A stretch of DNA of 64,000 nucleotides, taken from assembly GCA_000182565.2 (NCBI GenBank), contig KQ257461.1, one strand, 5' to 3'. The position numbers and the translations under genes are program-made. This DNA is from Spizellomyces punctatus DAOM BR117 (lineage: Eukaryota). The notes below the pieces were generated by a model. That model was not told the DNA's origin. It was given only the letters and a program-made list of their open reading frames with translations, and searched no databases. Position 1 is the stretch's first letter. Each line of letters begins with the position of its first letter. Below, piece after piece: positions 13,025 through 26,820 of this stretch.

Positions 13025-14668
13025 TCACCATTCGCTCTCTTCTTCAAAGGCAGATCGTAGTACTCGAATCAATGGCTCACGAGCAGCATTTTGTTCGTAG
13101 GAAGCAGGTAGATCCAAACGTGCGGGCGACGAGAGTGGAAGATGATCACTTTGCGATGGGTGGGTATGACCGCGGGAATATGTACTTATCGCCGGCGGAA
13201 ATCTTTGTTCGTGAGGAATGTAAGTGCGTATATCAGGAAGCACAAGATGACGGGGTTTCTGGGGAATCGGAGCGTTGGGCGGAGAGTATGGCGGTGATTG
13301 ATATGTAACTGACCCAGTCAGCATGCTGTTACGGGACGGGGTAGGAGAAGGTGCATTCCACCGAGGTGAACGTGCATGTAGTCGTGGTGAGCTATCGTGA
13401 CGAGATTTGTAAGATGAGCGACCGTATGGATGAAAATGACGTGGTGATGATTGAAGATGGGAATAATGGCCAGTACTGCGGCGATATCCCAGTGTATCTC
13501 CTGTTGAGCACACTGAGGCACTGGACGAATGCCAAGATGCGCCGCGTTTCATGGATATGCAGGCGGACAGAGGGGGAGGCGAAAAACTATCGCGAAAGTC
13601 AAACGGCAAAGATGAAGACAGGGGCTCGGCAATGTAACGGGGTTCGAGACAAGGTGGCGGAGATGAAAAGTGTTGTTCGGGGAATGCAGGACCCACCCGT
13701 TGCTGACTATACTCAGACTCACGGGGCGCAAACTCGTACGGGACGTTAGGGGCCAGAGGATGGCCGCGGGGAAGGGCGACTGAATAAACATTCTCCGCAG
13801 GAGGAGGAACAATGCCTTTTCCAGGCACATGATGGGGACCACTCATGCTCCGGTCAGTATGAACACTGTCCGCATTCTTTGGTCTGTCAGGCGTTGTTGG
13901 AAATACTGACGATTGCGAATGCTGACCCGGTCTCGGTGGACTGGGGCGTGTGTCATCTCTACGGTCGCCAGGAACCGATGAGTTTTGCCGGTCAATGAGG
14001 ATGCGATCAACGGTGTCCGGAGAGTTCACAACCTCTAATAGTCGATCGCCACAGTACTGGAGTTCCTCGATGCCGACGCTCAAATTGAAGTCGTTCAACA
14101 TCAAGAATTCCACTTCCAGTTGATTCAGCTCGTGAACGGGAAGGCCGCCGACCCCTACGATACAAAGAGAGATTAGCTCCTTGAACTCAAGTCCCTTCAA
14201 TACTCAAGTCCTATTCTTACGTGACATGTGCAGGTTCGTGAAGAAAACATCACTCAGAAACTTCACAGCAACCATAATTCCAGCAATCATGAGCCTATGC
14301 ACATTGTACGAGTCAACGACCACGACATCCATGGGTGGGACAGGTCGCCTTCTCTGTTCTTCCGCAATCTTTTCTTCACATATTGAGCGACCACGAAACC
14401 CGGCAGTCAGAATTCGACGCGACGGGTCTCCCATCCGCTCCAGGTATATCAGCACCGCCAGGAAGCATTCGTTCCCACACGGAGCATACTTGAGAATCCG
14501 AGAGGCATATCCAAGGATGTCGATGCTAGGAATCGTGCGAGCGTGGAACCGGGTGAGATGTTGCCTTCCTGGAACTCCATCGTTTGCTGTGGCCAACCGG
14601 CTGAGGTGAGTAGAAACTAGACGGACAGTTTCTTGCACCGGGGTGTTTAGTAAATCAAACGGCGGCAT
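13025..14668 (-). CDS. Pho80/PCL-type (cyclin-U-like) cyclin with long low-complexity C-terminus
   Basis: LTRFHARTIPSIDILGYASRILKYAPCGNECFLAVLIYLERM...NVHRLMIAGIMVAVKFLSDVFFTNLHMSR|VGGLPVHELNQLEVEFL. One intron near 14157-14221. Confidence 0.9.
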
Positions 14669-15060
14669 GCTTCCGCTCAGGCCCACTTTGACAAAGGGGA
14701 AGAGCCGGTTTTCAACCGTGTGTTATTCTGCGTAGGAAGAGCTGTCCTGAACAGAAAGCAGCGGGGGGTTCACGGGGGGGGGAGCGTGATGGAAAGTTGG
14801 GGGGATGAGCGCGGGAAGAAAGCTTCGTTCGCAAGTGTGATTTTCCCTTCTGGCCCAAACCCTCAAAAGGCCCGTGATATTTTTGTCTTTCAAACAAGGC
14901 AAAAGGCTGTGCGGGTCATCCCCATGGCATAGTCATGTTAAGCAGTGGCATGGTCATGTAAACAGAGGCACAGCCATACTTGACACCCCAATACAAAACC
15001 TTGAGTCAAAAAGGGAATTGGAAGCATCTGGAAATCATTTCTCTCCCAACGATTTCAGGC

Positions 15061-15582
15061 ATGATCGCGCGCATACAACGAGGAGGGTCTGCCTCCCGGT
15101 TGAACACTCTCACACTCCGTCCTCCGTCGTCTCCGACGTTGTTTATATCACGATTACCACTCCGGCGCCTTGAAAGCACGGTATCAAATACCCCACCTTC
15201 CTACCCGGCACCCCTCCCTACCCACACACCAGCACCGCGCGCAACAGGCCTGCGACTAATTGCTCGTCGATCAAGAGAAGGGTTTGCGTTTGTTTTGCGA
15301 TTCAAACGTACCCTATTGGAACTATTCCTTTGGATGATATGTGGGAGTTTGGCGTTGGAGTTGAAGTGGATGCGTAGAGATTTTGAAGAGTACAAAGAAA
15401 CCGTAGGAGTGAAGCGGCGTAAATTGGAGGCTGAATTGCGGGAACTAAGGCGGGAGTGTGGACTGGTGGATGCAAGTGACGACAAGGTGACTGAGGTCAC
15501 CAAAAGTGTAGCCCAGGATAAATCTTTACCTGTCCGAACGACGGAGGCACAAGCACCATCAAGAAGACCAGCAATCTATTGA
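15061..15582 (+). CDS. Hypothetical single-TM coiled-coil protein, possibly mitochondrial inner membrane
   Basis: Intronless ORF from ATG 15061. It has an R/S/L-rich acid-free N-terminus (presequence-like), a hydrophobic segment LLELFLWMICGSLAL and a coiled coil RRKLEAELRELRRE. Confidence 0.6.
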   Translation: MIARIQRGGSASRLNTLTLRPPSSPTLFISRLPLRRLESTVSNTPPSYPAPLPTHTPAPRATGLRLIARRSREGFAFVLRFKRTLLELFLWMICGSLALELKWMRRDFEEYKETVGVKRRKLEAELRELRRECGLVDASDDKVTEVTKSVAQDKSLPVRTTEAQAPSRRPAIY

Positions 15583-15713
15583 GAAATACGCCAATTCAGA
15601 CATCTTATTTATAATACATGATATATTTTGCATTTGACAAGGCACCACAGCATAAATCCGATGCACGGCCTTTGTAAGGATTGGTAATCTAAAGTTTACG
15701 TCGGAACGTGTGC

Positions 15714-18700
15714 TCATCCCAACACAGTGACCCAATGTGGCAAGTTGGGCATTTGAACATACGAAGCCGTCCCCTCCTTCACACCGGCACTCGCCACACC
15801 CTTTTTGTCCTCTGTACCGCTATGTGGTGGGTCGATGCTAATGTTCATCTGCCATCGGTTCACATTATATACTCCAGGTCGCCGAAAGCACGCGGTAAAT
15901 GTCACGGACGTTTCTTCTTCGGGTTGCAAGCGCCCCTCCGAACAAGTTGCCCCAAGCCAGTAAAATCCTGGTGCGTCTAAAGCGGGGATATCCGTTTGGC
16001 CCACCACAGTCCTGATAATATCAAGGTTGTCAGGTCGCTGGCTCATGCCAAGATGTATATTGCATAGAGTGACTTACGTGTCGGGTATCGCGGTCTGAAG
16101 AGTGAAATTAGCCACATTGGCCCATGCCGTATTACGAATTGTAAGCGTAATTGGAACGGAGCATATCCTAAAGAAAGCAGACACGGAACATCAGTTCTTG
16201 ATGTAGATCACGCCCTTGATCGGACAAACACACGCACTCCTGCTTTCCAAAATCATGCCTATATTCCAGCTCGCTCTTCAGAATAACCCTCAAAGGGCTG
16301 ACATCTTTTCCTCTCGGCTTCAGGAGACTGGTGATCAAAGCCCTTTTCTCGCGCACTGTCGTCTCGAACAGTGCTCTACCAGCAGCGGCCTTAGCGGCTG
16401 CAGCGAGAGGTTCTAACCCAGCCTGTAACCCTTGCAAAGGCGCCTGAAGACCAAGGTTGATACCCATGATGTAATGGTGTCCACACTTTGTTCCGTCAGA
16501 GGTCTCCCAGATTAACGACAAGTCCACATCATCCGTAAAATATAATGTGAACAGGTGTCTGAGTTGTGAAAGTGTAAGGCCCGGATATTGAGCTAGGAGT
16601 TGGCTCACCCGCCATTGTAGACGGGAGTTCAACGACAATCCTCTGAAAGGAACGGTATCACATGATAATACATTATGAGTGGGTGACTAGAAAAGAGAGT
16701 AAGCGAAATGTTATTGGCGATCGAGATAGAAGCCAGATATTACTTTACCAGTGCCAAGTTGGACAATCGCAAGGTCAGGTCTGGGGCGTCGAGGTTTACT
16801 GGGGACTCTCCGAGAAGTAGACTTTCAATGGCGCGCATTGTGATCCTTTCCGGGACCTTGGCCAAGTTTGTTGGCTCTAGAGGCCCAGTAGCTTTCGTGA
16901 ATCGAAGATACTTGAACCGGGTTTGCTGTGCCTGTAGCTTGGAGTCCTCTTCAACTGGTAACCTAAGCGTAGACTGGCATTTAAAAAGAGAGGAGATCCC
17001 ATCGCGGAAATGACGATCAAACGAACCGGTCATCAATCGGCCGTATGATCCATGTGGGGCTCATGGATGTTATCTGCTTCAAAACCAGTTCGCCCTCCCC
17101 GTGCAGATTCTCAATCTAAGTTACGTGCCGACTGAGTGCCAAGTAGACCTAGCGCCTCTCTGAACAACACCAACCTCGACCCCCAGGATAAACTCATCCA
17201 AAACACGTCCACTCGGCCGCGTAAATGCATTCATGCGCACAGACGGCAGGATATTGGTTGCCATACTAATTCGCAAGGTTCGGCAGCCTACTTTGTCACT
17301 CTTATCCTGCACCAACATGGTCACAATCCTGAAATTGAAAAACTACAAAGTAGACATTATGGTACACACACCTCAGACTGATAACCAAAGAGGAATCTGA
17401 AATTTTGTTTGCCAACTTTGTCACCTCGAATCCACAATGGAATAATGGTTGTCGTTCCCGGTGCCAAAACCCCATCAATGTCTTGATCAGGGCGGTCGGA
17501 AGCAGGTAACTTGATGGGGATGGTACCCAAGTTGGACAAAAGATTCCGAATCTTTAGAGATTCACAAGTGTTGGTGCCATTATCGGTGGGTACTGCAAGA
17601 TGACAGAACGGTTAGTATATGACGAGCTTCGTGCCTCACATTCAGCATACCATACGACGGACAATCCATAGCGTCACTTTCACCAACACAGAAAAAGGTT
17701 GGGTGGCTTGTTTTGAGTTGCAAGTTTCGGAGTCCGCGATTCCCTTTGTTGTTAATCTCGAGGACAGCGCGAACAACTTCGCCAGATAGCATGGAAATTG
17801 GAAACGAATGTAAGATCACATCAAGGACAGGCATTGGAGATGTGACGGTGAGAGTCAGCTGGGAAACGGGATCATTCTTTCCCGGACGTGATGCGGGGAA
17901 TGTGTAGCAGGAGGGTACGACTCCGCACAAGGTGTAGCGCACCCCTGTGATTCGGACCTCTCCCTCACGCTTTGGAAAGATCTGCAATTGCACCTGAGTT
18001 TCTATTGTCAGCTAGGGATTCACCAGATCTTGCGAGAATCCATTGCATATTACCCTTTTACGTTCATTGCCGTCCAACTCGATTTCACTGGTATTCTGTA
18101 CATCAAACTCTTCCAGTTCAATTGTCTCTGGTGCTTGTGTATCGGCATTCCATGTCAAGTCTATAGGTGCTGGGGGTTTGTCTCTATAGGCGCATTGCAG
18201 CGACACATTGTTGATTTGAACGGGTATGTTCATCGGGTTATGGATTTCAAAGGCAACGAAGACAGGTTCTACACAAAGTACCCTTCTTTAGACAAGTGGA
18301 GAGCTCTGAGAGAACATCTCTTGCAAAACGTACCTCCGACAGCGCATGTTGTTTTGCCTCGATTGTTAGCAGTCCGAAACGCTCTTGGTCCAACTTTACT
18401 ATAGCCTTCCTCGAATAGCTCGTTTTCCATGGTATCCCATGCTTCGTCGCTATTTGCGACCTGCTTCGGTTGTCCTGAGTGAGATTCGATCATTGAGACA
18501 AGAATGCTTGAGAGATTGAATTCAGGCACTGGCAATGGTGGCAGATTGCGCAAATCATCTTTGGATGCTTTGGCTGCATATTGCTACAAAAGTAAGGAAC
18601 CTTGAGTTAGTGCCAAGCAGATGAACACTCAGAATGATAGGCGAGGTATTACTTTGAATAGGTAGAGAAATTCGCGGAGGTATGAGCTCTGCTGTGCGGC

Positions 18701-21411
18701 GGTCTGTCGACTAGCACGGAGTAATTTGAGGAAGAATTTGACCGCTGCCTCAAACTCTCCGAGATGGAAGCATTGCCGGCCCAAAATAAAGTGTATGTGG
18801 TCTTCTACAAGGGACCAATCACGCTCTTCATAAACATCTAATGCAGACATGTAGCTACGGTACGCGTGCAATCGCTATTGCAAAGAAATGTAAATCCTCC
18901 ATTGAATTTGCGACAATGCGTCCGATTCGCGTTTACCTGTCCGCATTTGGCGAAGCGATGCCCTGCCAGTATCATATGGAAAGCATATTTCCTAATCATT
19001 GGTGGATTAACTCGGAGGAAAGAGATTGCAGCTTGTTCCAGAAACAAGGCGCTTCGAACGTCAGAGTCCTGAGCGATAGAGTCAACATCATGCCTGGCAA
19101 TAGACGACAACAAGCCATACTCGCCTCTCCCGTCATTCTGATGAGCAAGGGCGCTGCTTCCCTGAAGAGCCCGCGCTCACGGAGCATTTCATAATACAAC
19201 ATAGCAGCACGAGCGGCATACAATGGTACTTTGCTGTCTTGATACCCTGTCACGGCTGTTTCCAAGTAATTCTCGACAGATCCCCTTCCGATCCCATCGC
19301 CCATCAGCACAGTTAACCCCAACATTTCCTGGGAAGTGAAGCAAAGTTACAACCACCAGCCGTCACCGCAGGCTCAATTCTCAGATTTGTCGCATCCTGT
19401 TGTTACCTGGGTCCCGGCGTGAAACTTTACGAATCTCTCGTTGCCTTGAAAATCCTTCCGTATGGAATCATATGTGCCAAATGCTAGACGGTAATCTTCA
19501 AGCATGAAGGCAAAATCTGCTAGTCTTCTCATGATCATCTCAGGTGCATTATGCGGAAATCTGAAAACGACAACGTCAGACGTGCAACAGCAGTTTGCAA
19601 TACTTGGTGGGCATACACGGTGACGCCTGATTTGTCTGTAACAGGAGCCGGCGTAGCAGCTTGGGATTTGGTGCCGCCACCAAAATATTTCAATCCAACT
19701 AGTCGATTTAACCGACCAGTCAGTCCTCTTCGATTGCTAGCTACCTAATGAAACGGTTAACATGGCGAAACGTCTTGGTTAGGCCATAGCGTAATAGACC
19801 TGTTCATTCCAGTGTTGAATACATGATTCCATGTGCTTTATGATCTTTTGTACAACCAAGTCCTTGACACACTCATCAATCCCAGCAAAATCGTCATTTG
19901 TCAAGTAGCATCCGTATGCAGGACTCTTCGTTTCCGTTGGTGAGTCTGCCGCAGCAGTGCTTGAAGCCCCAAGGGGATCCGCTGCCGGCTCTCCCTTCTC
20001 CTTGAACAGCGGAAAGCCTTCATCGATGATCGGCGAACTTATTGAATCTCGCGTGGAGGCTAAGGACGCTGTAGAGGTACTCTTTAGTGAAGCCGCAAGT
20101 TGTTCTAGTAAAGGAATAGTTTCCGATTGGATGGAAGTCCACACATCTGGTACTGTAGGTGAGGGGATTGTTTCTGGGTTGAAAGGATCTGAATTGGAAG
20201 GAGGCGAGTGGACAACGGAGTTGATTCTTAATAAATAAGTAGCTGGAAGGCTTTTTCGCATCTGAACTAAAGCTGCCTCAGGACTACAACATGTTAGAAA
20301 ACAATAGCGTTCACAAAAGATGTCATCTAAGGTTAACGTACTCTACCCCCGGGGCAACATGGGCATCGTGAACTAGGATATAATATTTCGGGATGGCAGG
20401 ATCTAGGAATGATTTTTCGGATAGGGTCGTGAACTGACTATCGGAGGTAAGATCTTGGGCAGCATCGGCTGGGTTCGGGTTTGAAGTCGATACCACGACC
20501 AAATCTAGACGTCAACGCAACATTAACCGGAATCATCAACAATGCACGACGTATATCTCTGTCACCAACTTACAAGCCACTGGATGATTGAATGTCTCGT
20601 GTTCGGAGAATCCCACATATTTGCAAACAGAATTACGATAATCCGAATACCAAGGTGTCAACTGATCATTATCGACTGTTGAACAAGCGGATTGTTGGCA
20701 TTCCGGGAATAGAACAGCTCATCAAATGTGGAGACCTACTTTGACTATATGCTGATTGCACATCTTCTTTCGTTTTGATGGACGGGAACGTAGGTCTTCG
20801 CCTTCCATGTTTACCAAGGTGGTCAACGACAGTTTTATTGATAATCTGAGGATTGAATTGGTCCAATTGTCGCCAATCTCTAAACCGAACGGAAAAGCTT
20901 TCAAGGATTGAGGCATGCCCTTGCGAATCCTGTACATGAACTTGACGAGAGGATGGATCAAGGTAAAGGTTACATTATCGACGATTCTTTGAGACAGTCC
21001 CCAGGATCCACCAAAATATAAACCTCTATGAAGAATAGATAGAAGCAGGGAATTTTGGGCTGCCTACAAAGCCATTGAGGGATCATAGTTCCCCGGTCTT
21101 TTGTTTATGTTGGCTGACACAGCGGTCATCATGAGCAACCTGGACCGCGTTCAGCGGGCAATCTTCCACTGAACATCCCATGCAAGCTCTTCTGCTTGAG
21201 CATAATCGGCTCTCTTGCATACCCCGCCACTTGGTATGTAATAACACAAAGGAAATGCTATACCTTGCTTAATACGAGTTCCAAAAGGTTTTATAAAGTC
21301 CGCAAACGTAGGAAGGTTATTGAGCTTGGCCAACTCTTCGGCATCGGACGTAGCGACAACAGCCACCAGTGGTGAAAGAAGCCTGCATATAAAATCTCGG
21401 CCGTTTGCCAT
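15714..21411 (-). CDS. TRS85: TRAPP III-specific subunit Trs85/TRAPPC8, multi-exon
   Basis: N-terminal LLSPLVAVVATSDAEE...FADFIKPFG, then HETFNHPVAC, EMIMRRLADFAFMLEDYRLA, IRMTGE|DSDVRSALFLEQAA, RKYAFHMILAGHRF and WSLVEDHIHFILGRQ. C-terminal Ig-like PGVYNVNRW. Confidence 0.9.
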
Positions 21412-22009
21412 GTCCGTGTTATATAAAGATGGCAGTTTGGAAAGGAACTCGCGGTCAAGACGCAGCGCGCCCTACGACAAGTCATGTGACTAGACGGGCT
21501 GTTTGCGCTTTCCACACTAGTTGCAGGCAGCTCAAGTGCCGTGTCATGCATGTCTGCAAACAATACTACTCTGTTGCACGACAAGCAGACTGTGTACGCC
21601 TGCACACCACACATTCGTGAACATTAGGTCACTCTCTAAGATGCATCGTGAGACCTCCTAATGCCGGAATACCTGGAGATCTGGGGTTCCGTAATACGAA
21701 TCTACAAATCGTACATTGACATACATTGTTGAGCACGGTGCTGCCCATACGAACACCCATTGCTTTCTCCAGAGTCGGAGAAGGTTGGTATGATGGCATC
21801 GCCCACAAGCAAAAATACAAAAAGTGCGACAGGTTGATTAGTCATATTGCCATGTCATCAGCCACGTGACGACGTCGCTTGTCAAGTGCTCCCGTCTCTT
21901 CCCCTCGCTCATCTCGTCCATCTCCAAGCCTTTTCCCCACTGCGTTCTGACACACGGCATTTACCCTAAACCGTTTTTACCTCGCTGAAAGAGTGTTTTC
22001 GCGTCTACC

Positions 22010-25000
22010 ATGGCGGCGACACTGCAATCACCTCTTCTTCATGTTGCAACGAAGCGAACGGACGAGGTCGACTTCACCGGTCCCTTTCGCAACTACATTA
22101 GTACCGTGTATCAGGATGACCCTGACAAATACGCAACCGAAATTGCAACACTTCATAGGCTTCGCCAAGATACACGTGGTGCGGGGAAGGATCTTACCGG
22201 ACGAGATATATTGTATCGATACTACGGTCAGTTAGAGCTGCTCGACTTACGGTTCCCCGTCGACGAGAAGCATGTCAAAGTCTTGTTTACATGGTATAGA
22301 ATACTGGAGGCATAAGCTGACATAGAGTGTGAAGACGTGCCCTGACATCTTGTCAAACCTTTGTAGGTACGACGCGTTCAGCCAAAAGCCGATATCGCAG
22401 TACTCCATCGCTTATGAGAAAGCATGCACCATTTTCAATATTGCTGCCACCTGCTCGTCCATCGGTGCATTACAAAACCGATTTGAGGCGGCCGGACTCA
22501 AGATGGCATTCAATTATTTTCAAGCCGCTGCCGGTCTCTTTCTTTATATTAACGACAATTTCCTACACGCCCCATCCCTGGACTTGTCTCGGGACTCCAT
22601 CAAAACTTTGGCCGATCTGATGCTGGCACAGGCCCAGGAATGTTTTATAGAAAAAGTAATCATGGAAAAGAAGAAAGGTGCCTTGGTTGCGAAGCTCGCA
22701 GCGCAGGCAGCCCATGTTTATCAGAACGTCGCTGATGGGCTCGCTAACGAAGCAATTCGCTCGCAGTTCGACAGGGCATGGATTGAACTGGTAAAGGTTT
22801 GTATCATCCCTGTGGCTGCTTCACATATCGCTTGTGCGAGCCTTACGCGTCTGACATCATCAGGTCAAAGCAAAGCATTTTCAAGCTGTTGCAATGTACC
22901 ACAAGTCCATGCAATCAGAGAGTGAAACCAAATATGGAGAGATTGTGGGGTATTTGACAGCAGCCGAAAATATTGCCAAAGAAGCTAATAAATTGGCAAC
23001 CGCTTTCTCGGGATCCTTCCCGTCGTTTACCACGTCTGCACAAACTGCGACATCATCGACCTCATCATCTGGGCATACTACGGCTGCCGCGGCAGCTCTA
23101 TTAGAAGCCACGAAGACGAGCTTGAATCTGATTACTGATCGCAAGAATGTGGCGGTGAAGGACAATGATATGATCTATCACGACTCAGTTCCAAAAGTCG
23201 AAACGCTTCCCGCCATTGAAAAATTGAATGCGGTCAAACCGATAACTTTTGCCGATATCTGCGTAAATGGACAAGCGGATATACCAAAAATCATCGGACC
23301 GGACATTTTCCAAAGGCTCGTCCCGCTATCGGTTCACGAGTCTGCATCCTTGTATTCTGAGGAAAAGGCTAAATTACTTCGATCGCAGCAGGAGAGGGTA
23401 GAAGCTGCTAATGGCGAGCTTCAGGCCACATTGGACTCCATGAACCTAGTTGCTACCTTGGATAAGCTGAAACAACTGTCGAAGCGAGGACCTGGCGGAC
23501 TTCATGATGGGGTCACCGTTCCCGAACAAGTTAAGCAGTGGAATGCGGCCGTCCGAGAAGCTGAGGAAAGTGGAACTCAAACGGATGAGGTCCTTGGGCT
23601 GCTGGAAGGATTTAAGAAGAAAGTGCGAGAGTTGCTGGATGAGATAGGATTGCTCTTGGACAAGGAGCAACATGAATGCGAAACGATGAGAGTGAGTAGC
23701 CATACCTTTTCTCCTCTGAAACCCAAAGCTCCGCTCATTGTTTGAGACTGCACTGGCGATACAGGTCAAGTTTGTAGAGCGTTGGACACAGGAGCCGTCC
23801 GCACAGCTAACCTCCAGAATACGAGAGGATGTCCGGCAACACCGTGATTCGTTTGAGAAAGCCTTGGCTACCGATGGTGCACTCATGGCTGGCCTCGAGG
23901 AATCTAGGATGAATATTGATATTTTGAAGCGACGGTCAGAAGATGTAGAGGCTATCTTTGTGGAGCGTCTCATAACAGCAGCACCTACGAAGAAAGACAA
24001 TGTCGCTAACCTATTAGATGAAAACGTGGATGGCGGAGCTGGATTTGGGGTTCTGAATGAGCAAATTTTGATCGAGAAAATGGATGGGTTACTGAGCCGT
24101 TTGCGTACGCTAAAGAAGGAGAGGAATGACCTTATTGACGAATTGAAAGCTAAAGTAAGTACTCGGAAGAACGCGCGTGCTTTGACTCCTGTCGTCGGTG
24201 GATTTTGTTCTGATGGATGCATCGAACACTTAGCTTCATCAAGATGATATTTCTTCGTTACTTCTGCTCAACAAGAACAAGGAATCTCAAGTTTTCCAAA
24301 CCGAGTTATCTAAATTCAAGCCTTTGCAAGGCCGCATAACTGCGAACTTGCAAGCCCACACGCAGTTTCTGCATGACTTGTCGTCTGATTTCACCAAGCT
24401 TGGCAGTTCGTCTGACAGCATAAAATCTCTCGAATCAATGGAAAAGCGCAAGGAGGCGTTGATAAAAGAGTGGGGTCGTTCATATGAGCAATGGAAGGAA
24501 GCGAAGGAAGGTCTGGCACGTGGTGTGGAATTTTACTCCAGCCTCTGTGAATTAGTTGAATCTCTGCGTACGACAGTGATTGATTTTACTCGTCGCCGTG
24601 CTGAAGAGCGTGATGGCTTGGCAAAAAAGCTGGGGGAAGAACAAGCCGAACAGCGACAAAGAACACTCCGGGAACAGCTACAGCGGCTTAGTATCAGCAC
24701 GACATCCCAGGGGGCAGTAAACTCACCATCTGGGCCGGGACCAGCTCAAATGCAGTCATCACCAAGCGCTCCTGTAGATTCACCTTTGTATGCTGCACAA
24801 CATCCCGTATCTCGGTCAGGAAGTCTGCACATTCATCAAGAACCTAGTACTGCGTTGGGTAGTCCATACCAATATGGACCCTTCTCAACGTTGGGAGGTG
24901 GACCTTCAATGCCACCCGCATCAACGAACCGGCCAGACGTGCAACCATTCGCTCCACCCCCACCATCCCCTTTAGCAATGCAAGCACCGCCCCAATTTAC

Positions 25001-26516
25001 ACAACAATTCTCTTCGGGATCTGACCGAGCCCAGTACAACTCTGTTCAACAGGGACAAGCGCCTCCGGTGCAGCCATCCTCACATCCCTCGTCTGTACCG
25101 CACAATCCGTATGCGGGATTAGGTACATCAGCTCCGTTTGGACAGGCCGTCCCAACGTCTGTTGCTCCACCAGAGGTTAGGCCTTCCACTGCAAGCCCGG
25201 CCGCGGGTCCGCAGCCCCCTGGTTCTGGGCCACTCCCTACAGTTGGCTCTCAAGGGGGGGATCACCGACAAAGCGGAGTGTATTATGGACATAACCAACC
25301 GCATCAGCAACAGCCACAGCAGACTCAGCCATTCTATCAACCACAGTCCGCGTCTTCTCAGCAAATGCCTCCACCGCATCAAACCGTACACACTCCTTAT
25401 GCCCAGGGAGTGTTACCACCACCGTCCCTCTTCCAACAGCAGCAAGGGATCCCAGGGGTCATAGGCTATCAGCCTCAACAGCACTATACTCCGTCTTCGT
25501 CTGCGTACCAATCTCCGCAGGCATATGGTCAGAATGCGCATTTCCCAGGGCAAGCAGGAACCCCAGCGGTTTCCCAACAGCTTCCGAGTCATCAACAAGC
25601 CTATCAACCAGCTACGTCGATTTCAGCACATGGCGGATATGGACCAGCCAGTCTGCGACCACCTCCAAAGACAGGCTCTTCTTATGATGCTCCACCACTG
25701 CCGCCGAAAGCACTGTCACGGAACCCTTCGATAGATGGACAGCAGCAGCCATACCAACAAGCCAGCAATGGGACATACACAGCCGCTGGCCCACGAACTA
25801 CCGCGTCCTATCCCTCGCATCCTGTGCCGGCTCCAGGTGGTTATCGGCCTGCACCTTCGACGACTCCCCACTCAGGACCACAACACTACTCTGGCGGACC
25901 AGTCCAACAACAGTACCAGGCTCAAAACCCTTCGGCGCAGCATCCTCTGCCGACGCAACCGTCTTATAGCCAACACCAGTATCGTCCGGCTGTGAACCAA
26001 TCCCAGTACGGTCAGCCGGAGCCGAGCCACGCATTCAGCCAACCGCCGTATGGCCAGCAGCCGTCCGTCGCACAACCACAGTACGCTCAACATCAACAGC
26101 CACCGCCTGCATCTGGCCAACCGCAGTATGGCCAACATCCACAGCAACCTTCTCCGGCCCCTAATCAGCAGCCACCTGGTGTTCCTGGGAGTCAGCAATA
26201 CGGTCAACCGACTGGTTATGGCCAGCCTATGTATCACCAGCCCCAGACCCAGCCGCAACAATACGGTGCTCCACCTCAGCAGCAAAATCCACACGGGCAA
26301 CAGTCATTTGCACCTTATCAACAACCGTATTCGCAGCCGCAGCAGCCTGTGACGTACGCATCGCCACAGCAACAGGGATATAACACATCTGCTCCAACTG
26401 CTCAGTATGTCCAGCAGCAGCCTCCGCAAGGGGTTGCGAATCCCCCTCAACCACGTCCTCCCGGATACGGCGTACCTATGCAACCTGCACCTGCACCGGG
26501 GTCTCTACTCGATTGA
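22010..26516 (+). CDS. BRO1: BRO1-domain ESCRT accessory protein (Bro1/ALIX type) with V domain and Pro/Gln-rich tail
   Basis: GRDILYRYYGQLELLDLRFP, FTW|YDAF, IAYEKACTIFNIAA, LMLAQAQECF, KDNDMIYH and GPDIFQRLVPLSVHESASLYSEEKAKL, followed by a long PQ-rich terminal exon. Confidence 0.93.
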
Positions 26517-26820
26517 ACAGCCGATATGCCTTTTGATGGGTTACCAAATCAGAGGCTAGCTTGATTGCCTGCGAGTTTTCCCTTCTCTCGTTCGAGAATT
26601 ATGTTTGCCTAAATGCATGGTATTGGTTTTATGATTTTAATACCTGTAGCGGTTTGGAGCCTTCTTGGGCTTTAGTTGCTAAGGTGAAAGTAATGAATGC
26701 AACAGGTTTTGAAATGAAATGGAGCATGTTTAAGGTATCTCTCCAATTAAATCTTTTTTGATAATAATACATGCAGTACCAGAATCCCTTCATCTCTGGT
26801 AGCCCCAGTTAAATACAAGG

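Noticed and set aside
24790-26454. Many overlapping ORFs in the BRO1 Pro/Gln-rich exon
   Set aside because: Alternative-frame and antisense artefacts of low-complexity coding sequence.
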